A stretch of 62,953 nt of DNA, filler included, from Circinaria calcarea (taxonomy: Eukaryota): NCBI GenBank assembly GCA_051942165.1. It is 23 parts of 23 records of this genome, joined end to end, with 100 filler letters (N's around TTAATTAATTAA, not from the genome) between each part and the next. Parts side by side here need not be neighbours in the genome. Positions count along the whole stretch, not along the records: positions 24,764 to 27,409 come from JAVECS010003365.1; positions 27,510 to 30,155 come from JAVECS010003366.1; positions 30,256 to 32,900 come from JAVECS010003367.1; positions 33,001 to 35,644 come from JAVECS010003368.1; positions 35,745 to 38,383 come from JAVECS010003369.1; 18 more parts are not named here. One strand, given 5' to 3'. The position numbers and the translations under genes were made by a program. Of the stretch, positions 25,286 to 36,909 are shown one piece after another. How positions within the stretch are numbered: the first letter of the stretch is position 1; each line of letters begins with the position of its first letter. The notes beneath the pieces were generated by a model that made no database searches, had not been told where the DNA came from, and saw only the letters and a list, made by a program, of their open reading frames with translations.

Positions 25286-26583
25286 ATGGCAGCTCCTCCC
25301 GCTCAAGGGCAACAACCCACCCCACAGCAAATCGCAGCGATGCAACAGCAAATGGCCGCCGAAGCGCAAAAACGAGGCATGACGCCCCAGCAGTTCCAGC
25401 AATGGCAGCGGCAACAATTAGAAGCCGAGGCGAAGAAAGCGGGCTTAAGCTTCGACCAGTACATCAATCAACTGAAGCAGCGAGCCTTCCAGGACCATCA
25501 GCGACAGCAGCAACTCGCGCAACAACAAGCAGCCGCAGGACAGCAGGATCAGGGGCAGCCACAGCAAGGGCAGCAAGTACCCATCAATCCAGGCGCACCG
25601 GATCCGAGAGCATTGGCTTTGGCGAAATGGTTGAAAGGGCAAGACCTAAAACCGAGGACGTGTATTCTCAACGGGCAGCGGAAAGACATGTTCAGAGGTA
25701 AGATTCCTTCCGTCCTCATTCACCCATCTTCTCTCCCATCCCAAGGACTAACTCCTTCTCTAACTATAGTAAAACGCGCCCTCCGCGCCATCGAATCCCC
25801 CGCCTACACCGCCGCCTCCACGAAGAAAAACTCCCTGCTCCCTACTGTCAACCCCTCCTTCCCTGCCACGGAAATCTTCAAACTCCTCCCGCTCTCCCTC
25901 CTCGCCCTGCGCGTCTCCAAAACTGATCCCCACGAGGGCCATAATCACGCGCCGCCCCCCAAACCCGCCAAGCGCACCAAGGGCCTCTGGACCGTGCGCA
26001 TCGAGCAGCAACAGGACATCCTACCGGACCTGCACTACGTCTGGCTCTACGACGGTCCGCAGTGGAAGACGAAACTGTATGCGGGCGGCGCGCTAGCGGC
26101 CATTATGGCCGTCGTCATGTTCCCCTTGTGGCCGATTAAACTGCGAATCGGGGTATGGTATTTGAGTATGGGGATGCTGGGCCTGATTGGCTTGTTCTTC
26201 CTCATGGCCATTTTCCGGTTACTATTGTTTCTGGCGACTGTATTTACGGTACCGCCGGGACTATGGCTGTATCCGAATCTGTTCGAGGACGTGGGCTTCT
26301 TTGACAGTTTCCGGCCGATTTGGGGCTGGCAGGAGGTGAGTCTACCACTTACCACCTATTTCCCCCAACCCATCGACACGGAATAATAAACTGACTTTCC
26401 CTCCCTCTTCTCCCTTTGTAGGAAAAGAAGAAGAAATCCAAATCCGCCAAGAAGTCTTCGACTTCTACTGCCCCCATGACCTCAGACGGCCAAACGCCCT
26501 CCGCCCCTATAACGGCGGCGGAAAACAGCGAAACCAAGAAGCGAAACCTTACAGCGAGGGTGGAGGAGGTGGAAGAAGATTGA
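25286..26583 (+). CDS. SEC62: Translocon subunit Sec62 (complete; exons 25286-25697, 25770-26335, 26422-26583)
   Basis: Splicing gives RKDMFR/VKRALRA, YVWLYDGP, two TM segments (VMFPLWP..IGVWYLSMG) and PPGLWLYPNLFEDVGFFDSFRP. Both introns are canonical GT-AG. Confidence 0.95.
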
Positions 26584-27509
26584 TACTTTGATCCTCATTC
26601 CCTCTTTTCCATGTTTCTCGCTAGCAGGGGGGTGTGATGGGAATTGGCATATGGCATATGGCATATGGGGGATACGGGATATGGATAGACACAGTGGCGT
26701 TTTCCGAGTTCGAAATTACCTAGGCATCAGAGACCACGGAATGTACCTATTGAAAATTCTAGCTAGCTAGCTAGTCTAGACTAGCTCACTGTACCCTCTA
26801 ATCCGTCTCTTCCCCCCCCCTAACAACATGTGCACCTCCAAAGGTTTCCCCAACCCAAATACCCAAATACCCTAAAAACCTAACCCGGACTATGCCAATA
26901 TCCAACCTCACTCCCCTTCCTCCTTCCCTCCTTATCTACCTTACCTACCACGCTACCCTCACCTCACCTTATCACATTCCCTGACCGAACACGAGTGGAA
27001 CGCCCAAATCCAACGCCCAAACCCCGGCCTCGGCTCGCTCCGCCTGCGCGGAGGGGAGGGAAGGGAACTACGAGGAGGAGAACGGGGGATAGAAGATAGA
27101 AAGAAGTCCTTATATTGTTTTTACGGAAGAGGGGGAGGAAGGCGGGCGGGGGTGGTACTAGGTACTGGGTACTCGATCTTCAGGATTGAGGAGCTATTTA
27201 GTTTTAATTATTCATGTCTAGGTTTTTCCTTTCCCAAGTCGATGGTAAGTGATAAATCATGAATGGTAAAAGGATTATTACATCTTTGTTGTAGTGGGGA
27301 AAGGAGGAAAGAAAAGGGGAAAGGGAAAGGAAAGGAGAGGAGAGGAGAAAAGAGAAAAGGCCCTCTTAAAAAAAATTCTTCTTCTTCACCTTTTCTCGTG
27401 TGCCCCAGCNNNNNNNNNNNNNNNNNNNNNNNNNNNNNNNNNNNNNNNNNNNNTTAATTAATTAANNNNNNNNNNNNNNNNNNNNNNNNNNNNNNNNNNN
27501 NNNNNNNNN

Positions 27510-27840
27510 CCGGGGGTAAAACGTGTGGGGGGGGGCAACCGACGCGTGTATTTCTTGCCCGTCATCCAATGCCGCCGCATGTACCGAAATGACTGGGCGA
27601 TGACTTCGGACATGGTCCGGCCTTCTCCGTGGCGATGCTGCGGGTGCGGCAACGGTTCCTCTTTTTCCGTGCTGGACCCTGGATCTGCTTTTCGATCATA
27701 GCGATCACACTGTGGTAGTGCTCCTCATCGCCGGAGAAGCGCAGGCGGATGGCGAGGTCCTCGCGGAAAGCATGGACGTGGATGTCTGCCAGACGGGTTA
27801 TATCAGCTTCAACTGCCGGCAAGATATCAATGTGATGCAT
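27510..27840 (-). pseudogene. GNAT-family acetyltransferase N-terminal fragment with a frame break
   Basis: MHHIDILPAVEADITRLADIHVHAFREDLAIRLRF resembles fungal GNAT N-termini. The GNAT-like continuation (SEVIAQSFRYMRRHWMTGKKY) is in a different frame. Confidence 0.55.
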
Positions 27841-28173
27841 TGTGTACGGAAGAAAGAAACACGACGTGACGTCCCACAAAGGGTAGCAGGCGTTAGTTAT
27901 TGGATTGCTAGGACGCTGCTCGTAGATTAGCAGTCGCGTCGGATATCTTATGCAGGGTCTGTTCGGGAGCATGAAGCTACCAGTTGCCTTCAGATCAATG
28001 CGCATATGCCTAGATCTCGCCGGACACATAGGACAACAACAGATATTCTTATCTGCCACAAGCTGCCCAATCGGTGCGACCTGGACGCTGTTTGTTATAT
28101 CTTGAGAACTGAGGACGAGCGCCTTATCCAGGGGATTCTGAGTTTGTATCTGGGTGAGCCAAAGTTGAGCGTA

Positions 28174-28996
28174 CTGTGGTCGCAGGTATAACAGATGTTA
28201 GCGCGGTGCTGAGGTCTAGTGGGTGACGTTTGAAGTGTGTTCGACGTTTGGAGGAGTGGGTCTTGTAATGGTAAAGGTGTAGATGATGATACTCGAGGTG
28301 TAACCGGTGAAGATTGGGGTCCCTACCGTTCACTTCGTAATAATCTATTATCTTCTTCCTATTCTTTGATGATGAACTGGTTTGCGGTCTCGTTATGCTT
28401 CGACTCAGAAGTAGAAGCTCTGTCCTCTTTAATCCCGGGTATCAATTCTCTGGGTGGTGGGCTCTCCGATCTTACTGCGTACTCTTTAATGCTGAAATGG
28501 TCTAGGTTCAAGGATATACCACCCCTTATATTGCTATAAAATTTTAAGAAATGCCCCTCTTGTATTCTAGGCCACAGGGGTGAGGCCTCGCCATGTTTGT
28601 TCTTAAATATTCAACAACCTTGGCTATGAGACGAGGGAATCACTAAGCAACAGAGAGCAAGAGGAGAGATATAATCCACATCGACCGCACTAAATATAAC
28701 CCTATGGAGAGAGGGACTTTACTATGGGGGTAACTTGATTGATTGGGGTGTTCCTAAATCTAAGTGGTGGGGGGGAAGACTAAATACTGCAGGTGCTGAC
28801 TAAGCTCCACAGCGGGTTTCGACCAATCCCGGTATCCTTAACAAAGGTTGTGTTTAAACTTAGAGAAAGGAAGTGTAATATGGAGGGTATCCTCCAGTGT
28901 ATATTCCAGCTTCCTGTAGAAATCAAACTGTCCTGTGCGCCTTCTACGAGTATTGTAAGAAAACCACGCAAATATCTATTTTGCCTGCGACCACAG
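28174..28996. mobile_element. TA-flanked non-autonomous DNA transposon (Tc1/mariner/pogo-type signature), 823-bp copy
   Basis: TA|CTGTGGTCGCAGG ... CCTGCGACCACAG|TA gives a 13-bp perfect TIR with TA on both sides. The ends and the last ~190 bp are homologous to 31127-31330. Confidence 0.8.
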
Positions 28997-29184
28997 TACA
29001 ATGCAAATAGTAGGATAAACAAGGTCTAACGCTAAAATACATAATGCAGGCGAAAACGAAAAAAAGTGTAATCAGAGCACTGGAACAGTGTGTGGTGAGC
29101 ATGAAAGGGTAGAAATTCAGAAAACCAAATGTGTTCTCGCTGCGTTATGAAACGCTCTCGTTGGCCACAGGAGTCGAATACCCA

Positions 29185-30155
29185 TCATGGCACCCTTCCT
29201 CCAGGCCACATCTGGCTTATTTCATCCGTAAGCATATCTGGCGTTGGTCTGATCATCCATTCTGCCGGAGGCAATTGCTGATAGTTCCACGCATATGGCA
29301 GCTGAGGCTCGAATATATTTGAGGCTTTAGAAGGTACCGGGTTTGGATGAGCTGGTACAGGCGAAACGTATCCACGGTGTGGGAAGTGCATGGGCGTATA
29401 AAGATGAGGATGGTATGGAGAGGAGCCATAAGGGCCTGCGCCGACATATCCAACTGGCTGAGCATATAGCTGTGTTGGCAACCTGGCGTACTGTGGCGTA
29501 AGACGCTCCCGCAATTCCGCCTGTACAACCTCAACATCTGTGACAAGCTCCGAGTTTCTCTCCTGATGGCGGACGTAGTTGTCTTTCCATGCTGGATTCC
29601 TCTGCAAGGTTTGCAGATTGCACGGGTACGGCATGAGCCCCGATGGAACTTTCAACCAATCTTTAACCCATTTGCGGAGATTTGAGTCAGGTTGGAATGG
29701 CGTCTCGCGATTATTCTTCGACTGGTTCGCATCTTCCTGTTCATCCTGATTCTCCTCTGTATCTTGGGCAGGATCATTAAAGTAAATCCATTCAAGGATT
29801 TCGAACGGATCATCATGAGTTTCATGCCACGCATACATTCTTCCAAGTGCGTGTAATTGCAACTCGGGAAAGTCAATCTCAGTAGACAGACGATAGGCCT
29901 TGATGTCCGAAAGTAGAGGCGGTGGGTTACTCTTTATATGCTCAATAATGCGTGGAGGTCCTCGAAAAGGAGCTTGGCTTGCCTCCATACCCTGCCAATC
30001 AATACCTGGAGCGGATGGACGTCCGTGATCGAGGTCAAGCCCATACCTTCCTTTTTGAAGAAATGAGAGAAGATCTTGTAACACAAACCAGCTAGAACTT
30101 GGTACTCGAAGAACGCCGTTTTCAAAAAGCTTTTCGGTCGGGTGTGTAGCGAATA
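29185..30155 (-). CDS. Hypothetical protein, possibly BTB/POZ-derived, with Pro/Tyr-rich tail; 5' truncated
   Basis: 299-codon ORF. 'LLSFLQKGRY', 'LLSDIKAYRLSTEIDFPELQLHALGR', 'EILEWIY' and 'DSNLRKWV' follow the pattern of fungal BTB-domain proteins. Confidence 0.55.
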
Positions 30156-30255
30156 NNNNNNNNNNNNNNNNNNNNNNNNNNNNNNNNNNNNNNNNNNNNT
30201 TAATTAATTAANNNNNNNNNNNNNNNNNNNNNNNNNNNNNNNNNNNNNNNNNNNN

Positions 30256-30633
30256 GATATCGACGCACCCGTCCAAGTCTTTGGTCAGAAAAGGGACATG
30301 CATGTTCGTACTCAAGACCACTTCACCTGTCTTCGCGTTGATCTTGTACAGGTTATTCATTGTCGTCGCCACGAACACATACTGAATTCCATCGTCGAGT
30401 GTATAAACAAGAGGCTGTGAAAAGATTTGTTCCTGGGCACCACCGTAGCTCCCTGGAAGCAGGGTCTTGAAAATCTGTCCAAAGTTACTGCTACCTACCA
30501 CAGACGGGTCCATATTGTGACCGCTTTGATATCCGGCCCTTGAATTTCCCCCCCCCCATGTCATGGTATCCGTTGGGCTTAGCCTACCTCCGAGAACCAG
30601 AGGGAGCACAGTGAATAGTATCAGCCATTCCAT
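30256..30633 (-). CDS. Secreted PQQ-like beta-propeller protein of the WSC-domain family, N-terminus; 3' truncated
   Basis: Signal peptide MEWLILFTVLPLVLG, then TMTWGGGNSRAGYQSGHNMDPSVVGSSNFGQIF...EQIFSQPLVYT...ATTMNNLY...VPFLTKDLDGCVDI. Confidence 0.75.
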
Positions 30634-31126
30634 ACTGACCTGTCGAAGCTGAAACATGATATCGGCCGGGTAATGGAAAGAGGAGTTGATGGTAAACAAT
30701 TGAAGATGCTTAGCAAAGCGAAAGGAGTGAAAGGAGTTGTGTATTATCGATACAGATAAGCAAATGTAAGATCACCGCAAACAAATCGAATATATAAAAC
30801 TATCAATGAATGTATAGGCTCCCTGAGGGAAGCAATGCTAGAGAAGAAGCCCGGGTGGATGTTCCTGACTTGGGCTTTTATATCTACAATCCTCTATCGC
30901 GTCTCTAAATTTTGGTGTGGCTTACCTGCCCAAAAAAGATAATCTACGTGCAAGGCTAGGACACAAGCGTTCGTGGGCTTGGGCGACGCGGACTGAATCG
31001 TTTGAAGATCATTATTACGTTAAGGTACGCGATGAAGCGGTTGTGGAAATCACCCCCTGACGATTTCTTCGGGGCACTGGCAAATTTGCAGTTCCCAACG
31101 CCGGCTACCGGGGGGCCGCCTAAAAG

Positions 31127-31330
31127 CTGTGGTCGCAGGCATAATAGATGTTAGCGCGGGTTCGACCAACTCCAGTGTACTCAGCAAAGACTGTATAAAT
31201 TCTTTTAAAAAAGAGGGGTAATATGGAGGGCAGCCTCTGGTGTATATTCCGTTTTTCTGTAGGAAATCAGACTGTGCTTTGGGCCTTCTATGATTATTGC
31301 AAGACAATCATATTATGCCTGCGACCACAG
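31127..31330. mobile_element. 204-bp MITE, same family as 28174-28996
   Basis: Perfect 20-bp TIR CTGTGGTCGCAGGCATAATA / TATTATGCCTGCGACCACAG, with TA on the right flank only. The interior (GTAATATGGAGGG...GTGTATATTCC...AAATCArACTGT) is shared with the larger copy. Confidence 0.82.
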
Positions 31331-32000
31331 TAATGTGTTATGGTAAGATAAAGGCTCGCCTCGGCAAAAGACCCTCGGGCCTTGGAATGGACGCCTGCAA
31401 TTCCCGGCTTAACTTGCGCATACTAGTACCTACCGTAATTAAAAGGGTATCCCCCGTCTTTCCTCATCCTACCTGTCAGTAGCAAAGGCCTGTGCTTTCC
31501 CGTCTCAGCTTGGGCCCATTTTTATCTGGGGACCTTGGATTTTGGAAATCTTAGACCTCGGACCTTGGACCCTTTGGCGCTTGGGTAGAATCCCCAGGAT
31601 TAGGATACCGGAGCGGTCCTTTTCTTTTCTTTCCCATGCTATTCCAGTTTGACGAAATTCTTTTTTTATTTTTTTTATTTTTTTTTAAAACCAAAGTCGG
31701 ATTCTGGTTCGGCGCGGGTGGAAACAACCATTCGTTACGGAGTATATTATGATACCATATAAAAGAACGTAGAGCATACCTCTATAGCGCTAACATATTT
31801 GATGTTCAAATATGTTGCGCGATGGTACTCGTAGTCTTCCGTAGTCTACGGGCCGATATCTCCGCGAGGACGAACGTCATATTGTTCTTCTCCCACACCG
31901 AAACTACGCTCCGCTTCCGGTGTCGACCAGAGCTGATAACATTACCATAATTGTCCCTCACTTTTATATAGGACTGGGCCGTCGCTCACTACATCCTCTG

Positions 32001-32900
32001 ATGGCCACGAGTTCTGTTCCTATTCGTCGCAATGGCGCGTCAGATTCTAAACCTCAATCTGCCGACTCTTCCTTTGGGAACCATCTTTCGACCAGACCTT
32101 CAAGTATCAAATCACCCTTACTCCCTACCTCCTTCGAAACCCTCCTTCTAGCCATTTACCCGAGCACCCTTCTTCTTGGATCCTTGTTCTCCCTTCTCGA
32201 ACCTAACGCTCGCGCCGCGCCCTACTCCGCGAGCTCACAGTCACATCCCTCGGAATTCGCGCCTTCTTATTTCGCGCAGAAGAAGAATCTCTTTAACGTA
32301 TTCTTCGTCAAAATAGGTTGGTTCTGGATGACTCTTGCCTTCGCCCTTTTCATTTTTATGCACCCCAGTACGGGGCCGAGTAGGAGCTTGGTTTTGACCC
32401 CGAGACGCGTCCAAGGTCTCCTAAGATATGGCTTGGTGACGATATGGTGGACACTGGTTACGCAGTGGTTCTTTGGACCACCATTGATCGATAGAGGATT
32501 TCGGCTCACTGGAGGACAATGTGAACTGCTTGAGACAGAGGAAGGAAGAGCGGGAATGAGCGAGACCAGAGAGTACTTTACAGCAGCGGCCTGCAAGCTA
32601 AGCGGGGGCAAGTGGATTGGAGGCTATGATATCAGTGGGCATGTGTTCCTGTTGGTGCTCGGAAGTGCATTCCTGTGGTTGGAGATACTACCGGTTGTGA
32701 TGAAACATGCTGGATTGAGGGAGGAAAGACTGATCCAGCATACCGATGGGACGGTTGGAAGTGCAGAGACAGAAACGCAAACGGGAGGAAGCAGTAAGGA
32801 CGAGGGGAAAGAGGCCACGGGTAGTTTCAGCGTGCCACTGGCTGTTGCCGGTCTATCCTGGTGGATGCTGCTTATGACTGCTGCATATTTTCACACATGG
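32001..32900 (+). CDS. SCS3: FIT-family ER protein Scs3 (acyl-CoA diphosphatase); 3' truncated
   Basis: YFAQKKNLFNVFFVKIGWFW, TQWFFGPPLIDR, GYDISGHVFLL and MTAAYFHTW motifs. Confidence 0.93.
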
Positions 32901-33002
32901 NNNNNNNNNNNNNNNNNNNNNNNNNNNNNNNNNNNNNNNNNNNNTTAATTAATTAANNNNNNNNNNNNNNNNNNNNNNNNNNNNNNNNNNNNNNNNNNNN
33001 CC

Positions 33003-34622
33003 TGTCGTCCCTTGTCACCAGCAGAATTGGTTGCTGCTGTTTGTCAAGACCCCGACACCGATACAGTTAGGCCTGTGGATATTAACATTGACTATGTACT
33101 GGCAGCTTGCCATAACCTCTTGGTTGTCGACGAACGTAAGGAAGTCGATTGGACAGCGGCTCAGAGTGTCGTGAAAGTCTGTCGGTTTGCACATCTATCC
33201 GTTCAAGAATATATCGAAAATCAAGTTTGGAACAATAGGCAAGCAAACGGTTTCGTGGGAAAAGTCTGTCTTATGATATTGAACACTTGTAGGCCAGACC
33301 AAATTGATAAGAACCAAAGCAAGCGCGAAGGCGAACGAGAAAATGATAAACTAGGTGAAAATGAAATCGAAGATGACAAGCCCATGAGAAAATTAACCGA
33401 GTATGCGATAATTTATTGGGTAACCCATGTCCAAAGTCACGGAGAGGAAGATATCGACACACGTCTCACCTTACTGTTGAAACAATTCCTTGGATCCATG
33501 AATGAGAGTGGACCAGCATATAGATCCTGGTACAGCAGTGTCACGAGTAACAGGTTATCATCTGATCACAGGTCAGCATATGTTTACTCCCTCGATCCGC
33601 CTACTATAGCTTCTTTCGCAATCTGTGTATTTGGATTTCACAAAATTCTATCAGAGTGGTGGATTTCTGGATTCACAGACGTTGATCGGCAGAATCAGCA
33701 TGGTGAAACGTTACTGTATCTTGCCGCTAAGCATGGCTTTTTATCCATAGCTGAAGAGCTTCTAGCAAAAGGTGCTAAGGTTAATGCGGACTTTGTTGCA
33801 AGTTTTGCAGGGCGATATGAGACTAGTTTTCTACGGTATGTCCACAGTGTATCAGGCACGGTTTTTAAACAGATGGTACAGCTGCTCTTGCAGTATGGGG
33901 CAGATGTTAATGCTCCTAGAGGGATTCTACGTGATGCGCTACAAGCAGCAGCCTTTATTCCCAATTCGATAGAAGGGGGAGAAACAGTAAAGCTTTTATT
34001 GGAGAATGGAGGAGACGTCAATGCTCAGAGTGAAGAAGCGGGCACGGTGCTACAAGCTGCTTCATATTCAGGGAACAAAGAGATAGCGCAGCTGCTATTG
34101 GACAAGGGAGCAGATATTAACGCTCAGGGAGGCGAATTTGGCAGCGCATTAACAGCAGCTTCACTTTCAGGGAAGAAAGAAACAGTGCAGCTGCTATTGG
34201 ACAAGGGAGTAGATATGAATGCTCAGGGAGGCAATTTTGGCAGCGCATTAATAGCAGCTTCACTTTCAGGGGAGAAAGAAACAGTGCAGCTGTTATTGGA
34301 CAAGGGAGTAGATATTAATGCTCAGGGAGGCAATTTTGGCAGCGCATTAACAGCAGCTTCACTTTCAGGGAAGAAAGAAACAGTGCAGCTGCTATTGGAC
34401 AAGGGAGCAAAGATTAACGCTCAGGGAGGCGAGTATGGCAGCGCATTAGCAGCAGCTTCATATTCAGAGGAGAAAGAAATAGTGCAGCTGCTATTGGACA
34501 AGGGAGCAGATATCAATGGCATAGACCGGGCAGGGGAAAATGCATTGGCTATTGCTAGGAGATATCATCATCAGGATATCGAGCAACTGTTGCTCGAGTA
34601 TGGGGCTATGGACGATCATTAA
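33003..34622 (+). CDS. NACHT-ankyrin (fungal NLR-like) protein, winged-helix and ankyrin C-terminal part; 5' truncated
   Basis: RPLSPAELVAAV, 'VLAACHNLLVVD', 'RFAHLSVQEYI' and 'EYAIIYWVTHV' are post-NACHT motifs, followed by about 8-9 ankyrin repeats. Confidence 0.88.
   Translation, partial: CRPLSPAELVAAVCQDPDTDTVRPVDINIDYVLAACHNLLVVDERKEVDWTAAQSVVKVCRFAHLSVQEYIENQVWNNRQANGFVGKVCLMILNTCRPDQIDKNQSKREGERENDKLGENEIEDDKPMRKLTEYAIIYWVTHVQSHGEEDIDTRLTLLLKQFLGSMNESGPAYRSWYSSVTSNRLSSDHRSAYVYSLDPPTIASFAICVFGFHKILSEWWISGFTDVDRQNQHGETLLYLAAKHGFLSIAEELLAKGAKVNADFVASFAGRYETSFLRYVHSVSGTVFKQMVQLLLQYGADVNAPRGILRDALQAAAFIPNSIEGGETVKLLLENGGDVNAQSEEAGTVLQAASYSGNKEIAQLLLDKGADINAQGGEFGSALTAASLSGKKETVQLLLDKGVDMNAQGGNFGSALIAASLSGEKETVQLLLDKGVDINAQGGNFGSALTAASLSGKKETVQLLLDKGAKINAQGGEYGSALAAASYSEEKEIVQLLLDKGADINGIDRAGENALAIARRYHHQDIEQLLLEYGAMDDH
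34084..34515 (+). repeat. Near-identical 99-bp tandem ankyrin-coding repeats (~4.3 units)
   Basis: GCAGCTGCTATTGGACAAGGGAG..GCTCAGGGAGGC..GGCAGCGCATTA.CAGCAGCTTCA recurs every 99 bp with few substitutions. Confidence 0.92.
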
Positions 34623-35803
34623 GGTGCTTATCACTATAGGATATTGACGATATAACTCTGGTGATCACGACACCATACTTCTGTTAGTTCTGAGGATTGG
34701 TACCTGTGAAAGGAATACTGCATATCTTTCTATCGCATCAGCCATGTCTTCCCTAGTAGGACAACGTTGACGGTGAGTAGCGCCCTCTATCTATTGGTAG
34801 TCTCTAACCCTAAACTACCGTTGTCATTGGGATTTCACCGGTACAAACACCGAACCAAAAATATGCAGTGACCTGATGTACCAACGAGATGCCTTGCGTT
34901 GAATTATACTGAAACAACTCGGAGAGATATCAAATTCAAGCACAGGCAGTAAAAAAGACTTTACAGAATACAGCAATAGTAATAAAATACATCTTAACTT
35001 CAAAGTTTTCTCGCACATCTCAACAGATGTACTAAGCTTCCTTTCTCAGCCTACTACCAATGCTTCGCGCAAGCCACGCAAGAGATGAATGAGCAGATTA
35101 TCTCTGGCGCTCATGAACATGTCCAGCCACTCCGTGTAAACCATTGTGAATGGCCTGAAGGTTACAAACATGCTCACTCAGGCCTTCTGACGTTCTGATA
35201 GCGCATTTGCTCATGATCATCCCATGAGGATCATAAGATAGCCACCTTTCCCAGCCCTGTGTGGCTGCGTACAGTAAACCCGACAAGACTGAGAGAAGGT
35301 AGAATACGGTAGATATTCCCCAAGTCAATGAACTAGATGAGGAAATAATAACATTCTGGCAAATGCCTTCTAAGATCAAGAACACGTTAATTTCCAAGTC
35401 TTCAGCTCTAATAGCTCCAGCGGTCTACACACTCAGTGCCCTGGACCACGAGAGAGACAGTTGGAAGCTGAGCTTCAGTGGCAAACGAGGGAAGTTACCT
35501 TTCAAGGCTTATATGACCCCAGGTTCGAATTATCAAAACACTCGAGAGTCATTTTTTGAGCAACAACTCCCATCTCGCAATCCCATCATCCAACCCATTT
35601 ATCTACCCAGTCATAACCTCCTTACCCACCCCACCCGTCCTTCCNNNNNNNNNNNNNNNNNNNNNNNNNNNNNNNNNNNNNNNNNNNNTTAATTAATTAA
35701 NNNNNNNNNNNNNNNNNNNNNNNNNNNNNNNNNNNNNNNNNNNNAGCCCCGTGTCTAGGGGGGTAAAATACAAATCGGAGTATTACCCGAAACCATAATT
35801 TAT

Positions 35804-36122
35804 AATTAAGCGTATTCGCCTGCTCCGGGCTTATACCTTCTATTTACAGAGGCTACGCTGCCTAATACTCGCGCCCTTGCCTCCATTGTAAATTCGTGGC
35901 TTCATCATGTGAAGACGGAGGCATAAACAGGGGCATGGTAGACCTGTATATTCCGCCATTGCCACGAAACTGACCTCTAAGCTCTATAATAAACGCTCCG
36001 TGTATTATAGCTAAAATGTATGCCTTTCGTGCTTTTCATGCCTTCTGGGCCTTCTGTCCTTAGTGTAATGCTGCAATCAATGTTTTCGGAATGCGCCTGG
36101 CTAAAAGCGAATACGCCTAATT
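35804..36122. repeat. Degenerate ~320-bp inverted-repeat element (MITE relic)
   Basis: AATTAAGCGTATTCGC (35804-35819) matches the reverse complement of 36107-36122 at 15/16, with weaker pairing on both sides. Confidence 0.5.
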
Positions 36123-36909
36123 TTTATTATATACCAGGGCGAGAATTTAAGTACCGGACGACCGACCCCCCCCCCGCGAAGCTTGACAAACCCCCCGGGG
36201 ATAGCTGAATACCCTATTTCCTCCACGCTAAGCCCAATCTTGTTAATGTTCCCATAGTACCATAGTATTTACAGCGTTTAAACAATGTTCCCGACTTATC
36301 AGTGTTGAATGTGTGTGATGTGGCTATGAATGATCTTCAGATATATTGCAATTGGCTAACCGCATTCAAATCCCGTCTGGACCGTCAGCTTATCCTCTTC
36401 GCCGCCGTTACGACCTGTATACTTCTTCTCATCGTCTCCTGCAGTTCCAGTTCCGTAGCTCGGTTGCTCTCCCATAAATCCCCTTTAACCGGATAATCTG
36501 GTTCCCTTTCAGCCAAGATCGGCTTCTTGTCTTTTGAGTCAGCAGAGAATAGGCTCGTACGCCCTGTCTTAGAAGTAATAACCCCTATCTCCTTGGTCTC
36601 GCTGGAGAGTGGTGTTCAGATTCGCTTCATTTTCGATAAGTTTCGGCTCGTCTGCGTGGAGAAGGAAGCGGGAAAACAGGGCGGTTGGGCGCGCCTTTCG
36701 CTTAGCAATTCCCCGAGTGTTCTTCACATTACACATACGCAGTATCTCATAGTATTCCCATAGCATTTCTCCATACGTATAATCCGATTATACCGTGCAG
36801 ACCATTGAAAACGTAGAGCTCCCCCTGTAATGCACCTCCTTTCTCACATCTCTTTCAACAAAAGTCTAACTAGTCTATATAAATGGAGACATTTTTTGTT
36901 ACCACTTTA

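Noticed and set aside
31150..31180. GGTTCGA T-loop-like motifs (also at 35522 and 44826) as tRNA genes
   Set aside because: No cloverleaf could be formed. These lie inside a MITE, unstructured sequence or MAK10 coding sequence.
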